From contig JAUYMS010000042.1 in assembly GCA_030698625.1 (NCBI GenBank), forward strand, positions 160,423-224,422: 64,000 nt of DNA, read 5' to 3'. Each line of letters starts with the position of its first letter. Positions within the stretch are counted from its first letter, which is position 1. This document shows, piece after piece, positions 47,011-56,886 of this stretch. A program made the position numbers and the translations under genes. Source of the DNA: Candidatus Omnitrophota bacterium (GTDB lineage: Bacteria > Omnitrophota > Omnitrophia > Omnitrophales > Aquincolibacteriaceae). The notes under the pieces were generated by a model, which saw nothing but the letters and a program-made list of their open reading frames with translations, searched no databases and was not told the DNA's origin.

Positions 47011-50000
47011 GGATAATTTCTTCCATCGTCGAATTCTTTAGAAGCTCCGGCTCAATGCGGACAGCCTCACGCATAGCATTGCGCATCTCATCCCCCCTGC
47101 CCATTTTGTCATATATCCGTGCTAGATTAATATAACCCGACGAGCTGTTTGGATACAGACGGATAAAACTGCGAAACGCTTCTGCCGCGACCTCATATTT
47201 TTCCTGCTTCTCAGAGACCCAGCCCAATTCCAGATAAGCCGTCGGATGGAGCGGGTAGCTCTTCACAAACCTGCGAACAGATGCGAGCTTTTCCTCATCA
47301 CTGCCGATCGATACTTGGATACTTACGATCCTTTCCAAAGATCCAAAATGCCTTCCCTTCGACCTGATAATTTCCTCATAAACTTTCAGAGCTTCCGGAA
47401 GTTGATGTGCCTTAAAAAGAGCATCGGCGAAAGCCTGGAGGTGTCTTTCGCGTTCCGTCAGTTCTACAGCCCTGCGAAGGTATCCCACGGCACTCTGCGA
47501 GTCTCCTTGTTCCATAAGAACTTTACCGAGGTAGTAATTACCATCCGCGGACTCTGGGTTCGCCTGAACAGCCTGCGTCAGATGTCTGGCTGCTTCAAGT
47601 TTATTATCCGTAAGATAATGCAGAATACCTGCCACCTCTAGGTTTCCCGGATGGTCCGGATTGGTCTCGACAGCCATGTTCAGCACGCGCCGTGCCATCT
47701 GGTAAAATTTGCCTGAAGCGTATCCCTTAGCAACCTCATGCAACAGAGCGACATTTTTCTCCGGCGGCGGGTTGATGTTTTCCATGGGTGGGAAAACCTT
47801 TGTTCTGGCACGATTCAACCATTCGAAATTCATTTTGCCGGTTTTCTCGTAAAGATGTCGCGGGGCTGAGTATTCCAAAATGGGTCGGTTATCACGATGT
47901 ATGGGCGCCTCCCGACTGAGCAGCCGCAGCTCGGTATCATCAAGCCAAAACGTCGCTAAGAAATTGCCGGGCGTTCGCAGGCCGTAGGGCCCTAAATCTT
48001 CGACAAGCTGAGGATTTTCATAGCCTCCCTGAATGCGGGCGAAGTCGACCGGCCGTTTTTCATTGCGGCCGATTAGCATTAAGTCCGGGTAGTCGGATCG
48101 CCAGAGCTGAACATGAGCGAAAGCCTCGCTGAAAGTTCTAACAATCGTCGCAATGTCCTCAGACCCCATGTTATAAGCGTGTAGCCACTGGCACGCAACC
48201 CCTCCCGGCTTCAGGCGGCTGCTCATTGTTTGGAAGTTTTCCAAAGAAAAAAGATTTGCGACGCCCGCCATCCAGGGGTTTGACGGCTCCGAGATAATAA
48301 TGTCATAAAGATCGGGCCTGACAAGAAGGGCATTGCGCCCGTCGTTGACAAAAAGCTTCACACGCGGATCTCTGAGCACGTTTCGATTCATGAAGAGGAA
48401 GAACTCGGACGCCTCTACCACGGCGGGTTCCAATTCGACCACATGCAAAACTTCCGCCGGATGGGATGCCGCAGCCGCAAGCGTCGACGCGCTGCCCAAA
48501 CCGATGATCAATACCTTTTTCGGATTGGGGTGAAGGAGCATGGGAAGATGCCCCAAATAATATTGCGTCAAGGCATCACCGTCTGAGGCATCCGTCTTTC
48601 CGTTGACAGTCAGCGCGATATTGTCCCTAGCGCGCGTAACGGACACGGTAGCGCTCGGGCCATCTTTATGGAACAGTGTTCCTCTGTTGAGAAAGTTCCT
48701 CTGAAATTCCTCATGGCTCAGGCCAACACTTTTCCACGGTTTGGTCACGGAATCACTCGAGTCCATCACCGAAAGATTCCAAGGTTTCACAAGCGAAACG
48801 GCAATCCCAACCGCAAGAAACAATGATGTTCCGGCAGCCAGTCGCTTCCAAACAAAGTTAGGGCGATGCAAGAAAAAGGCAGTGACACCCACCCCGGCAT
48901 TAATAAGTCCCGCGGTCAGTAAAGTCTTCTGAATTCCGATCGCGGGGATGATCAAAAAACCCGTCAGGGCCGAGCCCAGGATTGCGCCTATCGTATTAAA
49001 AAAGTACGCCGCGCCGACTTCGGTTCCGATAGCTGCCGTTCGGCGGTAGATATGGATAAAGCATGTAAAGGCCGCTCCAATCATCAGCGTAGGCATAAAC
49101 ATGACCGCCGAGCAGAGCAAAAATCTGCCAAACTCAAGAACAAGCGAATTCCCTCGAGCCCAAACGAAGAGCTGTATGAAAAAATAAGGAATATCGTCAA
49201 AGAAATTGATACCGATAAGCGATGAGAGAGCCGTAAGCATTTGCAAAGCGGAGAAGGTCATCAAATCGGCTTTAAATCGTTTGGAAAAAACGCTGAACAG
49301 GAAACTTCCCAAGGCTATTCCCAGGAGAAAGGTAGCCAGCATCACCGAAAAGGCGTAAACGGAACTACCGAGAACCGTCGCCATAACCCTTGTCCAGCCG
49401 ACTTCGTAGATCATCGAGACCGCCCCTGATAAACTGAAGAGACAGAGCAGCACCGGTGCTTTTACGCTCTGCTGTCCCGCGGCGGGCGGACTTGCCTGCG
49501 ATTGGGCTTCGTCATCAACAGCTGCGGCCTCAGGCGCATAGTAGCAGCAGACCCCGTAGATCATAAAGTTTATAGCCCCTGTCAGTAGGACCGTCTGCCA
49601 CAGCCCCAGAGCATAAATAGCATAGAAGCCGCTGAACAAGACACCGATGACCGCGCCCAGAGTATTCAAGGCATACAAAAGCCCGACATATCTTGCGGTA
49701 TCCCTTTTCTGACGCACAAAGAACTTCGAAACAACGGGCAGGGTGCCCCCCATCAGGAAAGAAGGGATAAAGAGGACGGTAAAGGCCACAATAAATTTGA
49801 ACAGGCTCGCCTGCATGAATTCAGGATCGACGCCGTGATAAAAAACGATATTAAGACCGTCGATCAGTTTCCATATCAAAGGAGTAATCAAGGCATAGAA
49901 TCCGACACCGGCTTCCAGCAACCCGTAGGTTGCGACCGGCTCCCCCTTGGCATCAATTTTCTTGCCGAAGTACAACGCGCCAAGACCAAGCCCCGCCATA

Positions 50001-50149
50001 TAACTGGACAAAACCGTGCTGGTTGCAAAAGTAGTATTGCCAAACACCAGTGACATCACTTTCAGCCAGGCGATCTCATAGACGAGGCCGCATAAACCCG
50101 ACACAAAGAAACATGCGAGGATTACGGAACGAACGCGGGGAATTTTCAC
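47003..50149 (-). CDS. Polytopic membrane domain fused to a spermidine-synthase-like aminopropyltransferase domain and C-terminal TPR repeats
   Basis: About 12 TM helices in the N-terminal half. VLIIGLGSAST...DIIISEPSNPW, the SpeE-family motifs. C-terminal TPR units. Confidence 0.75.
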   Translation of the reverse strand: MKIPRVRSVILACFFVSGLCGLVYEIAWLKVMSLVFGNTTFATSTVLSSYMAGLGLGALYFGKKIDAKGEPVATYGLLEAGVGFYALITPLIWKLIDGLNIVFYHGVDPEFMQASLFKFIVAFTVLFIPSFLMGGTLPVVSKFFVRQKRDTARYVGLLYALNTLGAVIGVLFSGFYAIYALGLWQTVLLTGAINFMIYGVCCYYAPEAAAVDDEAQSQASPPAAGQQSVKAPVLLCLFSLSGAVSMIYEVGWTRVMATVLGSSVYAFSVMLATFLLGIALGSFLFSVFSKRFKADLMTFSALQMLTALSSLIGINFFDDIPYFFIQLFVWARGNSLVLEFGRFLLCSAVMFMPTLMIGAAFTCFIHIYRRTAAIGTEVGAAYFFNTIGAILGSALTGFLIIPAIGIQKTLLTAGLINAGVGVTAFFLHRPNFVWKRLAAGTSLFLAVGIAVSLVKPWNLSVMDSSDSVTKPWKSVGLSHEEFQRNFLNRGTLFHKDGPSATVSVTRARDNIALTVNGKTDASDGDALTQYYLGHLPMLLHPNPKKVLIIGLGSASTLAAAASHPAEVLHVVELEPAVVEASEFFLFMNRNVLRDPRVKLFVNDGRNALLVRPDLYDIIISEPSNPWMAGVANLFSLENFQTMSSRLKPGGVACQWLHAYNMGSEDIATIVRTFSEAFAHVQLWRSDYPDLMLIGRNEKRPVDFARIQGGYENPQLVEDLGPYGLRTPGNFLATFWLDDTELRLLSREAPIHRDNRPILEYSAPRHLYEKTGKMNFEWLNRARTKVFPPMENINPPPEKNVALLHEVAKGYASGKFYQMARRVLNMAVETNPDHPGNLEVAGILHYLTDNKLEAARHLTQAVQANPESADGNYYLGKVLMEQGDSQSAVGYLRRAVELTERERHLQAFADALFKAHQLPEALKVYEEIIRSKGRHFGSLERIVSIQVSIGSDEEKLASVRRFVKSYPLHPTAYLELGWVSEKQEKYEVAAEAFRSFIRLYPNSSSGYINLARIYDKMGRGDEMRNAMREAVRIEPELLKNSTMEEIIHA

Positions 50150-50152
50150 TGG

Positions 50153-52657
50153 TTAGACGGTGTGTGAGGGCGAAAAAAGCTTGCGGAAATCTTCGGTGGC
50201 CAACTGCATTACATCCATGAGTTTCAGAAAATGATCATAGCTGGAGAATATCCATTCGGGAATACTCTGAGCACCGGAACGCCACCTCTTCAGAAGAAAA
50301 AAGAGATCGTCCTGTGCCTGGCGCTGCCTGAGGGAAATGCCCAACCTCTCAGCCAGGCCGTGGATATTCAAACACTCAGTAACGAGATCGGCCCGAGGCT
50401 CCTCCACGAAAGTCTTCATGCGATTTCCCAACTCCTCACTTAGGAACAACGCAGCCGAAGTCTTGTCCATATTGATATGAAACTTGTTAGCCGCCTCCAC
50501 GATCTCGAAAGCGGAATCGACCTTCTTCAGATTAAACCCATCGACGGCAATTTTGCGCACCGCACCCATGAAACGCTTACCGAGCACATGCTCCGCAACG
50601 TAGCGAAACTCGGGCGGAATGGGGAGACGTATTGACCGGTACATCATATTCATACGGCGGTTTTCGTCATAGATTGTTTCGTAGAATTGGCTTACCTTTT
50701 CCATCTGTTCCCGCGTCACCAAGGAGATGATCTTCATCCGGTCTTCCAACAACAGATCCTTCAACCTGAAGTGATTCTCACCGAATTGCGCATCAACTTT
50801 CTCGAGTAATTCAAGGGCCGCAGCATGGTCAATGCCTGTAAAGATATCCTTCTCGATAGCCTCAAAGCATTCTCCTCCGGTGTCCGACTTTACGTAGCAG
50901 CGAAAATCATGGAGCCCCATTTGGATCACGAAAAAGATTAAACTTTTCTCCTCGAGCGTAACTCGAGAATGGATTCGTGCACGCCCCAGTTGGACGGTCA
51001 TTTCGCCGAGCGTCTCGCGGCGGATGTTCGAAACATTGAGATAAGCACAACGATTATCAAGACTGTCCTCGGACGGATAGTAGTCCTTGAAAAGGGAACC
51101 GATCGCATAGTAGCTGACAATGTGTTCGAGTGAGGCCACAGACGGCCTGACTAGGGATTCGTAGACATCTCGGCCGCTACCCCAAAGCCTTAGGTTGCTT
51201 TCCGCCTTTTCAAGGAAGGCAAGAAAATCGGCCTCATAATCGATCCCGCTCACTTCGTGGGCCAATTGCATCGCCCTCGCCGCATACTGGAGTATCTGGA
51301 TGGTTTCAATCCCGGAGATATCGGAAAAAAACCAGCCGCAGCTTGTATACATGAGCATCGAGTGCCGCTGCATTTCAAGGAGCTTCAAGCAGACACTGCG
51401 CTCATCCGGATTGAGCTTTTTCTTCTGATGTCTGCCGAGGAAACTCTCGATTGTCGCTTCACTCCTATCGAGAATAACTTCGATATATTCATCGCGCGCC
51501 TTCCAAACATCACCAAGATATTCCGAACCGCCGCTTTCATAGAGCTTGGCGAGTCGATCGCGCAAACTATTCAGAGAATCCCTGAGCGGTTTACGCCACT
51601 TTTGATTCCACCCCGCACGCGCCCCGGTGGCACACCCGCAATCATCCTTCCACCGCTTGACGCCGTGTGCGCAACTCCAGGCCGTCCCTTCGCCATCCTC
51701 GCCCTCTTTGAGCTTTACCGTATTTTTTGGCGGATGTCGGGCCAGGAATGCCCCATAGTTGGATACATGGTAACCCCGCTCGGGAGCCTCCACGCTGAGG
51801 AAGTACGCAAGAGCTTGCTCGCCGAAGGCCTTATGGTGGCCGTAGGTCTCCCCGTCAGTAGCCACGTGAATAAATTGTGTCGAAGTCGCATTTTTAGCAA
51901 CGGCTCCCTCGATTCGATCCATGAACTGCTTCGCATCTGAGAGAATATTTTCAAACCCCACCGCATGCGATATCGGTCCGTCATAAAAAAATAAACTGAT
52001 AGACCGGTTAGGATCATTCTTAAGCTTATAGCGATAGGCCTGGCGAGGGTCAATACCTCCCGTGGAAACGTCGTGCCACTCGATTTCATCCTTACCGTCC
52101 AGGCTTACCGCTTTGGCCTGATGCGGTGAGAGAATGGTAAACTTCAATCCTTCATCAACAAGAACTTCGAGCGTTTCGTCATTGCAAGCGGTTTCGGGCA
52201 ACCAGATACCTTCGGGGGCACGGCCGAAACGGTGCCGGAAATCGGCAATCCCCCAGCGCACTTGGGTAACTCTGTCCCGGCCATTCGCCAACGGCATAAT
52301 CATGTGGTTATAAACCTGCGCAATTGCATTACCGTGGCCATGGTGAGCGTCGGCGCTGACACGATCGGCTTCCACGACGCGTTGATATGTTTTGGGGTGT
52401 TTATCCTCGAGCCAGGACATCAGGGTGGGGCCGATATTGAAACTCATCTTCTCGAAATTATTGACGATATCAACAATCTTACCGGCATCGTTGAAGATGC
52501 GAGCGCGAGAATTGGCGACATAGCATTCACTATAAATACGCTCGTTCCAATCGTGGAAAGGCTTGGCGCTTTCTTGTCGCTCGATAATTTCTACCCAGGC
52601 GTTTTCTCTGGGAGGTTGATAGAAATGGCCATGCAGACAGACATAGACAGGCTTCAA
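50153..52657 (-). CDS. Glycoside hydrolase family 57 protein (large form with a DUF3536-like C-terminal extension)
   Basis: N-terminal YVCLHGHFYQPPRENAW matches the GH57 HxHxYQPxRE signature. 834 aa. Confidence 0.7.
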   Translation of the reverse strand: MKPVYVCLHGHFYQPPRENAWVEIIERQESAKPFHDWNERIYSECYVANSRARIFNDAGKIVDIVNNFEKMSFNIGPTLMSWLEDKHPKTYQRVVEADRVSADAHHGHGNAIAQVYNHMIMPLANGRDRVTQVRWGIADFRHRFGRAPEGIWLPETACNDETLEVLVDEGLKFTILSPHQAKAVSLDGKDEIEWHDVSTGGIDPRQAYRYKLKNDPNRSISLFFYDGPISHAVGFENILSDAKQFMDRIEGAVAKNATSTQFIHVATDGETYGHHKAFGEQALAYFLSVEAPERGYHVSNYGAFLARHPPKNTVKLKEGEDGEGTAWSCAHGVKRWKDDCGCATGARAGWNQKWRKPLRDSLNSLRDRLAKLYESGGSEYLGDVWKARDEYIEVILDRSEATIESFLGRHQKKKLNPDERSVCLKLLEMQRHSMLMYTSCGWFFSDISGIETIQILQYAARAMQLAHEVSGIDYEADFLAFLEKAESNLRLWGSGRDVYESLVRPSVASLEHIVSYYAIGSLFKDYYPSEDSLDNRCAYLNVSNIRRETLGEMTVQLGRARIHSRVTLEEKSLIFFVIQMGLHDFRCYVKSDTGGECFEAIEKDIFTGIDHAAALELLEKVDAQFGENHFRLKDLLLEDRMKIISLVTREQMEKVSQFYETIYDENRRMNMMYRSIRLPIPPEFRYVAEHVLGKRFMGAVRKIAVDGFNLKKVDSAFEIVEAANKFHINMDKTSAALFLSEELGNRMKTFVEEPRADLVTECLNIHGLAERLGISLRQRQAQDDLFFLLKRWRSGAQSIPEWIFSSYDHFLKLMDVMQLATEDFRKLFSPSHTV

Positions 52658-52747
52658 GACATGCTCCTAAAAAAACAGCGCAGTCGCCGGAGAGATCTAC
52701 GGGTGGGATTTATTTGAAATTGTCGGAATCTTGGCAACAATCAAACG

Positions 52748-52969
52748 TTAGCCGTTAGATTCCCGCAGAGATACCTTCACAGAGCGGCCGGAGCGAGCTA
52801 GGCTGATCTTTTCTTCACGCGCCAGCCATCCGAGAGCCTGGTTAAAAAGCGAAGCATCGGATACGCCTACTTCCTTCTGCACCGTGGAAGACGGTTTTGC
52901 ACCCTGATTCTCTAAGGCCCTGTAAATTTTTCCTGCGACATCACCGATTGCATAATCTTGTTCGCTCAT
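52748..52969 (-). CDS. Small winged-helix protein (DUF2582-like)
   Basis: 73 aa with a helix-turn-helix-like core. Located between the two GH57 genes. Confidence 0.45.
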   Translation of the reverse strand: MSEQDYAIGDVAGKIYRALENQGAKPSSTVQKEVGVSDASLFNQALGWLAREEKISLARSGRSVKVSLRESNG

Positions 52970-52994
52970 GGTTCATTTCTCCTTTCTCTTAGAA

Positions 52995-54581
52995 CTATTG
53001 GTCACAAAAAACGCGGTAATCGACTTCGGGAAAGATATTGTCCTTATCTTCAAGCTCCTTCAACCAGCCCTCATCAACACTGTTGTTGATAAGGTCTTCG
53101 TAGATCCGTGTAAAATTCAGCAAATGGTTCTTAGTACGCTTAACAGCATAAGGCACCATGGTTCCCGTATGCATGATAAAGGCCCAATCGCTCGATTGGG
53201 CCAGTAAAAGCTCACGGGCAGCCTGGTTCAAAGACCGTTCCACGATGCCATTCTGATTCAAAAAACGGTTCGCCAACTCCCCCATCCTCAAGCTTGCCTT
53301 GTGCAAGTGCGGATAGATCCACTCATTGGCGCCGGAAAGCCAGGTCTCTGAATATCCTTTCCAGCCCCAACTCGACATCGACGGAGTCGAAACCTGGTTG
53401 ACCGGAAACTGTTTGAGGTAGTCGAGCGGCGTTGCCAACCGAATCGTATCCTGGTCATAGGCGATCTTTCTTATGAGAAAATTCAAAAAATCCGGCCCCT
53501 CATACCACCAATGGCCGTAAAGCTCTGCGTCGTAGGGGGCAACCACGATGGGCTTCCTTCCCATGAATTCATAAAGACATTCCACCTGTTTCTGGCGATT
53601 GAACAGGAAATTGCCCGCATGAGTTGCGGCTTTTTCCAAAGCGCGGGCACGCGAATAGGTTTCCTTATGGTCACCCGCACCTGTGATGCGGTGATACTTA
53701 AATCCGGTGCTGACTCTTAAACCGTCGGGAGCAATATAGGGTTTAATATATTCAAAATCGAGGTCGAATCCAATATCGCGGTAGTACTCTCTGTAGTCGT
53801 AGTCTCCCGGATAGCCCTCTTCCGCCGACCAAACCTGCTTCGAAGACTCGAAGTCGCGACCGAAAGCGGCCACGCTTGAATTACAATAGATCGGAGCAAA
53901 TACGCCGAATTTCGGGCGCGGAGACGCGTGCAGAATACCGTGCGTATCGACTAAAAAGTAACGGATACCCGCGCTTTTTAGGTACCGGTCTACGCCTGGA
54001 ACATACCCGCATTCCGGCAGCCATATTCCCACGGGTTTTCTGCCAAACACTTTCTCATACTGTTTCACCGCGGTTTGAATCTGACCGCGCACCGCTCCCG
54101 GCGTGCGGTTGACCAGCGGCAAAAACCCATGAGTCGCGCCGCAAGTAAGAATTTCCAAATACCCGCGATCCTGAAATCTTTTAAAGGCCCATATCAAGTC
54201 ACGGTAATAGCGATTAACAAAGGTGTCGCGGGCCTGTGTAAACTGATAATAGTAATGAAGTGCGGTGTCATGATATGCCGGTTCAAAACGTGTCCGATCG
54301 ATTTCCTTGCCCGCAAGTTCGATCAACCTATCCAGGTGACGCACGTACCGTTCCTGCAACAACGGGTCTTTCAGCATGGAGATCAGGGTCGGCGTCAACG
54401 ACATCGTGAGACGAAAGGGCACGCCGTCGCGCTCAAGCCCCTCAAACATATGAATCAGCGGAATATAGGTCTCGGAAATGGCCTCATAGAGCCAGTTCTC
54501 TTCCAAGAAATATTCGTGCTCGGGGTGGCGAACAAAGGGTAAATGGGCATGAAGAACGATTGAAAGGAGACCCTTTTCCAT
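52995..54581 (-). CDS. GH57 family 1,4-alpha-glucan branching enzyme (AmyC/TK1436-like)
   Basis: LSIVLHAHLPFVRHPEHEYFLEENWLYEAISETYIPL N-terminal signature, WLPECGY and HG motifs. 528 aa, consistent with GH57 branching enzymes. Confidence 0.8.
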   Translation of the reverse strand: MEKGLLSIVLHAHLPFVRHPEHEYFLEENWLYEAISETYIPLIHMFEGLERDGVPFRLTMSLTPTLISMLKDPLLQERYVRHLDRLIELAGKEIDRTRFEPAYHDTALHYYYQFTQARDTFVNRYYRDLIWAFKRFQDRGYLEILTCGATHGFLPLVNRTPGAVRGQIQTAVKQYEKVFGRKPVGIWLPECGYVPGVDRYLKSAGIRYFLVDTHGILHASPRPKFGVFAPIYCNSSVAAFGRDFESSKQVWSAEEGYPGDYDYREYYRDIGFDLDFEYIKPYIAPDGLRVSTGFKYHRITGAGDHKETYSRARALEKAATHAGNFLFNRQKQVECLYEFMGRKPIVVAPYDAELYGHWWYEGPDFLNFLIRKIAYDQDTIRLATPLDYLKQFPVNQVSTPSMSSWGWKGYSETWLSGANEWIYPHLHKASLRMGELANRFLNQNGIVERSLNQAARELLLAQSSDWAFIMHTGTMVPYAVKRTKNHLLNFTRIYEDLINNSVDEGWLKELEDKDNIFPEVDYRVFCDQ

Positions 54582-54584
54582 AAC

Positions 54585-55679
54585 TTACTTAGGCGCCTCC
54601 GGTTTCAAATATGGCGCAGGGCGATCCGTATTTCTTTCAACCTTAGGAACAATCGTCCGTTCTTCCTTATCGTCGGCAGAAGTCGCAGTAGCATCAAGGA
54701 CAATCTTCCCGTCAGGAAGGGCAAAACGCATCGAAAAGGTTCCGTCGGGACGCAGCTTAATGTCCTGTCCCTGAAGCGTGACCTTTGCGTCGGGCTCAGT
54801 AGCACCGTAGACAATAAGTTCACAATCAAGATGAAACCAGAAGCCGCGCTCCTGCTTCTTTATGGGGCTGGAGATGCTGGATACATGGGATGCCCCGGAT
54901 CCGGAGGTAATGGCGCCGCTCAACCGCTGCTCCATCTGGCGACGCAAATCAAGGGAACTCTGCCCCACTGCAAATCCGCCCGAAAGAGCATACATCTTAT
55001 CGAAATCAATCCCCATCCAACGCTCATCAAGCTCATCCGACATGGAGTCACGAGGCACGGTCACTTCATTAGAACGTGCGAGAGCAACAAAGCGTCCGTC
55101 CTCATGCAATAAGCCGATCTCAACGACATAACCGCGCCCGGGTTCAACTTCGATATACCACTGGCGGGCAAGTCCAAAAAGCGGTAAATCACAGAAGGAA
55201 GCGTCTTCGGAGGGGTTGGTAATGTCGTAAACTCGAAGAACGGATTTGACCTGCTCCCGCCTTGCATCCAGTTGAGCCAACGCCCGTTCTTCGTGATCAC
55301 GCTGAATCTCCCAATAGGAAAACATCCAATGAGGGTCGCGAACCATCAAGTAAATGTGATTGTCACCATAACCGCCCGGCAGTTCCCGTTCCGGTATCGG
55401 CATGTAGGATGGCGCTTGTAACTCTTGAACCGGTTCGGATTTCGGAGAGGGCGCGTGGGTAATAGCCTTTTTCGACTTCCTTGCTGCTGACTTTTTAGCT
55501 GAAAGAGGGGCTCTGCGAATCTTCCTAAAAGCCTGCGTTACGACACTCCGCTTTCTCCGCGGCCTGCCCGTAGTTACACGATTGGACGACTTCTTAGACG
55601 CGCCCGAAGCCTTACGGCGTGCGGTCGCCTTCTTTGAAGAGACACGTCGACTCGTCCTTTTTTCGCCAACCGAACGCAT
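54585..55679 (-). CDS. DUF4912-like protein with a Lys/Arg-rich N-terminal tail (a frequent GH57 neighbour)
   Basis: The first ~80 aa are strongly basic (KK/RR-rich). Central WMFSYWEI motif. Adjacent to the GH57 branching enzyme. Confidence 0.5.
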   Translation of the reverse strand: MRSVGEKRTSRRVSSKKATARRKASGASKKSSNRVTTGRPRRKRSVVTQAFRKIRRAPLSAKKSAARKSKKAITHAPSPKSEPVQELQAPSYMPIPERELPGGYGDNHIYLMVRDPHWMFSYWEIQRDHEERALAQLDARREQVKSVLRVYDITNPSEDASFCDLPLFGLARQWYIEVEPGRGYVVEIGLLHEDGRFVALARSNEVTVPRDSMSDELDERWMGIDFDKMYALSGGFAVGQSSLDLRRQMEQRLSGAITSGSGASHVSSISSPIKKQERGFWFHLDCELIVYGATEPDAKVTLQGQDIKLRPDGTFSMRFALPDGKIVLDATATSADDKEERTIVPKVERNTDRPAPYLKPEAPK

Positions 55680-55915
55680 TGCGAGATCCTGTTCCTCTTA
55701 TAGCTGTGAAATTCCAGGTGTTACAGGGGAAAGCATTATAACAAAAAAAGTTCGTAGGAAGCTAACTTTACTTAACCATCCAGAACTATTCTCAGCAATA
55801 TTCGTGCCTAAATATGGGGGGCCTTCTTACTCACAAAGTGGCTTCCAAAGGCAAAACTTGACAAAAATGTAGCATTTTGTAGCCATTAATGTCAGCGCTG
55901 AATGGTCTGGGCGGC

Positions 55916-56398
55916 TTAGATAGCCGCCTGGGCTCGGAGGCGCTTATTGATCTCGTAGAGCTGCGGCCCGAGAACTTCTTGAGCGACCGTCTCTTTGTCT
56001 TCCCCGTTGTAGTAGTCGTACTCCATGACAGCCGCAATCTTGACCATGGTATAGAGAGCAAACGCCTCCATGGGAGGATTCCCCTCAAGAAGGGCATCGA
56101 TCTTGGCCGCATAAAAGTTCGCGGAATTGAGGATGGCTGCATTTTCGCGATCACGAAAAAGTCCCAGGGTTTGGTCCACGGCATAAATCTTGTCATTCTG
56201 TCGGAGATTTTTCCAGCTGCTCATATTATCGAACAGCTCTCGCAGGACATCTTCGATTTTATCGGAGGGAGCATCCTGTAAGGATGTCTGTTGCGTTTCA
56301 TTTCTTGCAGAACCAATTTGGCGGGAGATAATTGTCGCGGTCAAAGCATTCGTCAGCACGAGCAAGAAACCCATCATCACGAATGCTCTTATCTTCAC
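55916..56398 (-). CDS. Hypothetical secreted protein
   Basis: 160 aa with a signal peptide. 4-nt overlap with the upstream receiver gene. Confidence 0.45.
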   Translation of the reverse strand: MKIRAFVMMGFLLVLTNALTATIISRQIGSARNETQQTSLQDAPSDKIEDVLRELFDNMSSWKNLRQNDKIYAVDQTLGLFRDRENAAILNSANFYAAKIDALLEGNPPMEAFALYTMVKIAAVMEYDYYNGEDKETVAQEVLGPQLYEINKRLRAQAAI

Positions 56399-56805
56399 AG
56401 ATCCTCTTCTTCAACCGCAGGATCGACTTCCCTGCCGGCAAAAACATCCTTAGCCAACTGCAATAGCCCGCCGACATCAGGCTTATAAATCACGCCGACG
56501 GCACCCGCGTTCAAGCATTCTTCTTCAAACGCAACCTTGTGATGCCCTGTAAACATAATTACCGGAATCTCCTTGGTTTCCTGATTCATCTTTAATTTAT
56601 GGCAAGCCTCAAGACCCGTCATACCGGGCATCAGGTGATCAAGAATAACCAAATCGGGTTTAACGTCTTTGGCCTTTTCGAGCATCTCCGCACCGCTTTC
56701 AACCGCCATAACGTCAAAATTGCTCTTCTTTAGACGAGAAACCATGATCTTACAAATGGTTCGCTCATCATCTACAAACAGTATTCTTTTAACGGGTTCA
56801 CTCAT
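56395..56805 (-). CDS. Stand-alone response regulator receiver
   Basis: ILFVDDE...DLVILDHLMPGMTG...KP. REC only. Confidence 0.8.
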   Translation of the reverse strand: MSEPVKRILFVDDERTICKIMVSRLKKSNFDVMAVESGAEMLEKAKDVKPDLVILDHLMPGMTGLEACHKLKMNQETKEIPVIMFTGHHKVAFEEECLNAGAVGVIYKPDVGGLLQLAKDVFAGREVDPAVEEEDL

Positions 56806-56886
56806 AATATCAACCTTGCCCCTTACGCTGAGATAATGCCAGAAACTGCTTCAAATCGCAAGACCTGCGAAAGCTCAAGCCGCGGA

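Noticed and set aside
55907-55925. GGCGGCT-tagat-AGCCGCC hairpin at the 3' end of 55916..56398
   Set aside because: It overlaps the stop codon and is not followed by a T-run on the coding (minus) strand. Too weak to call a terminator.
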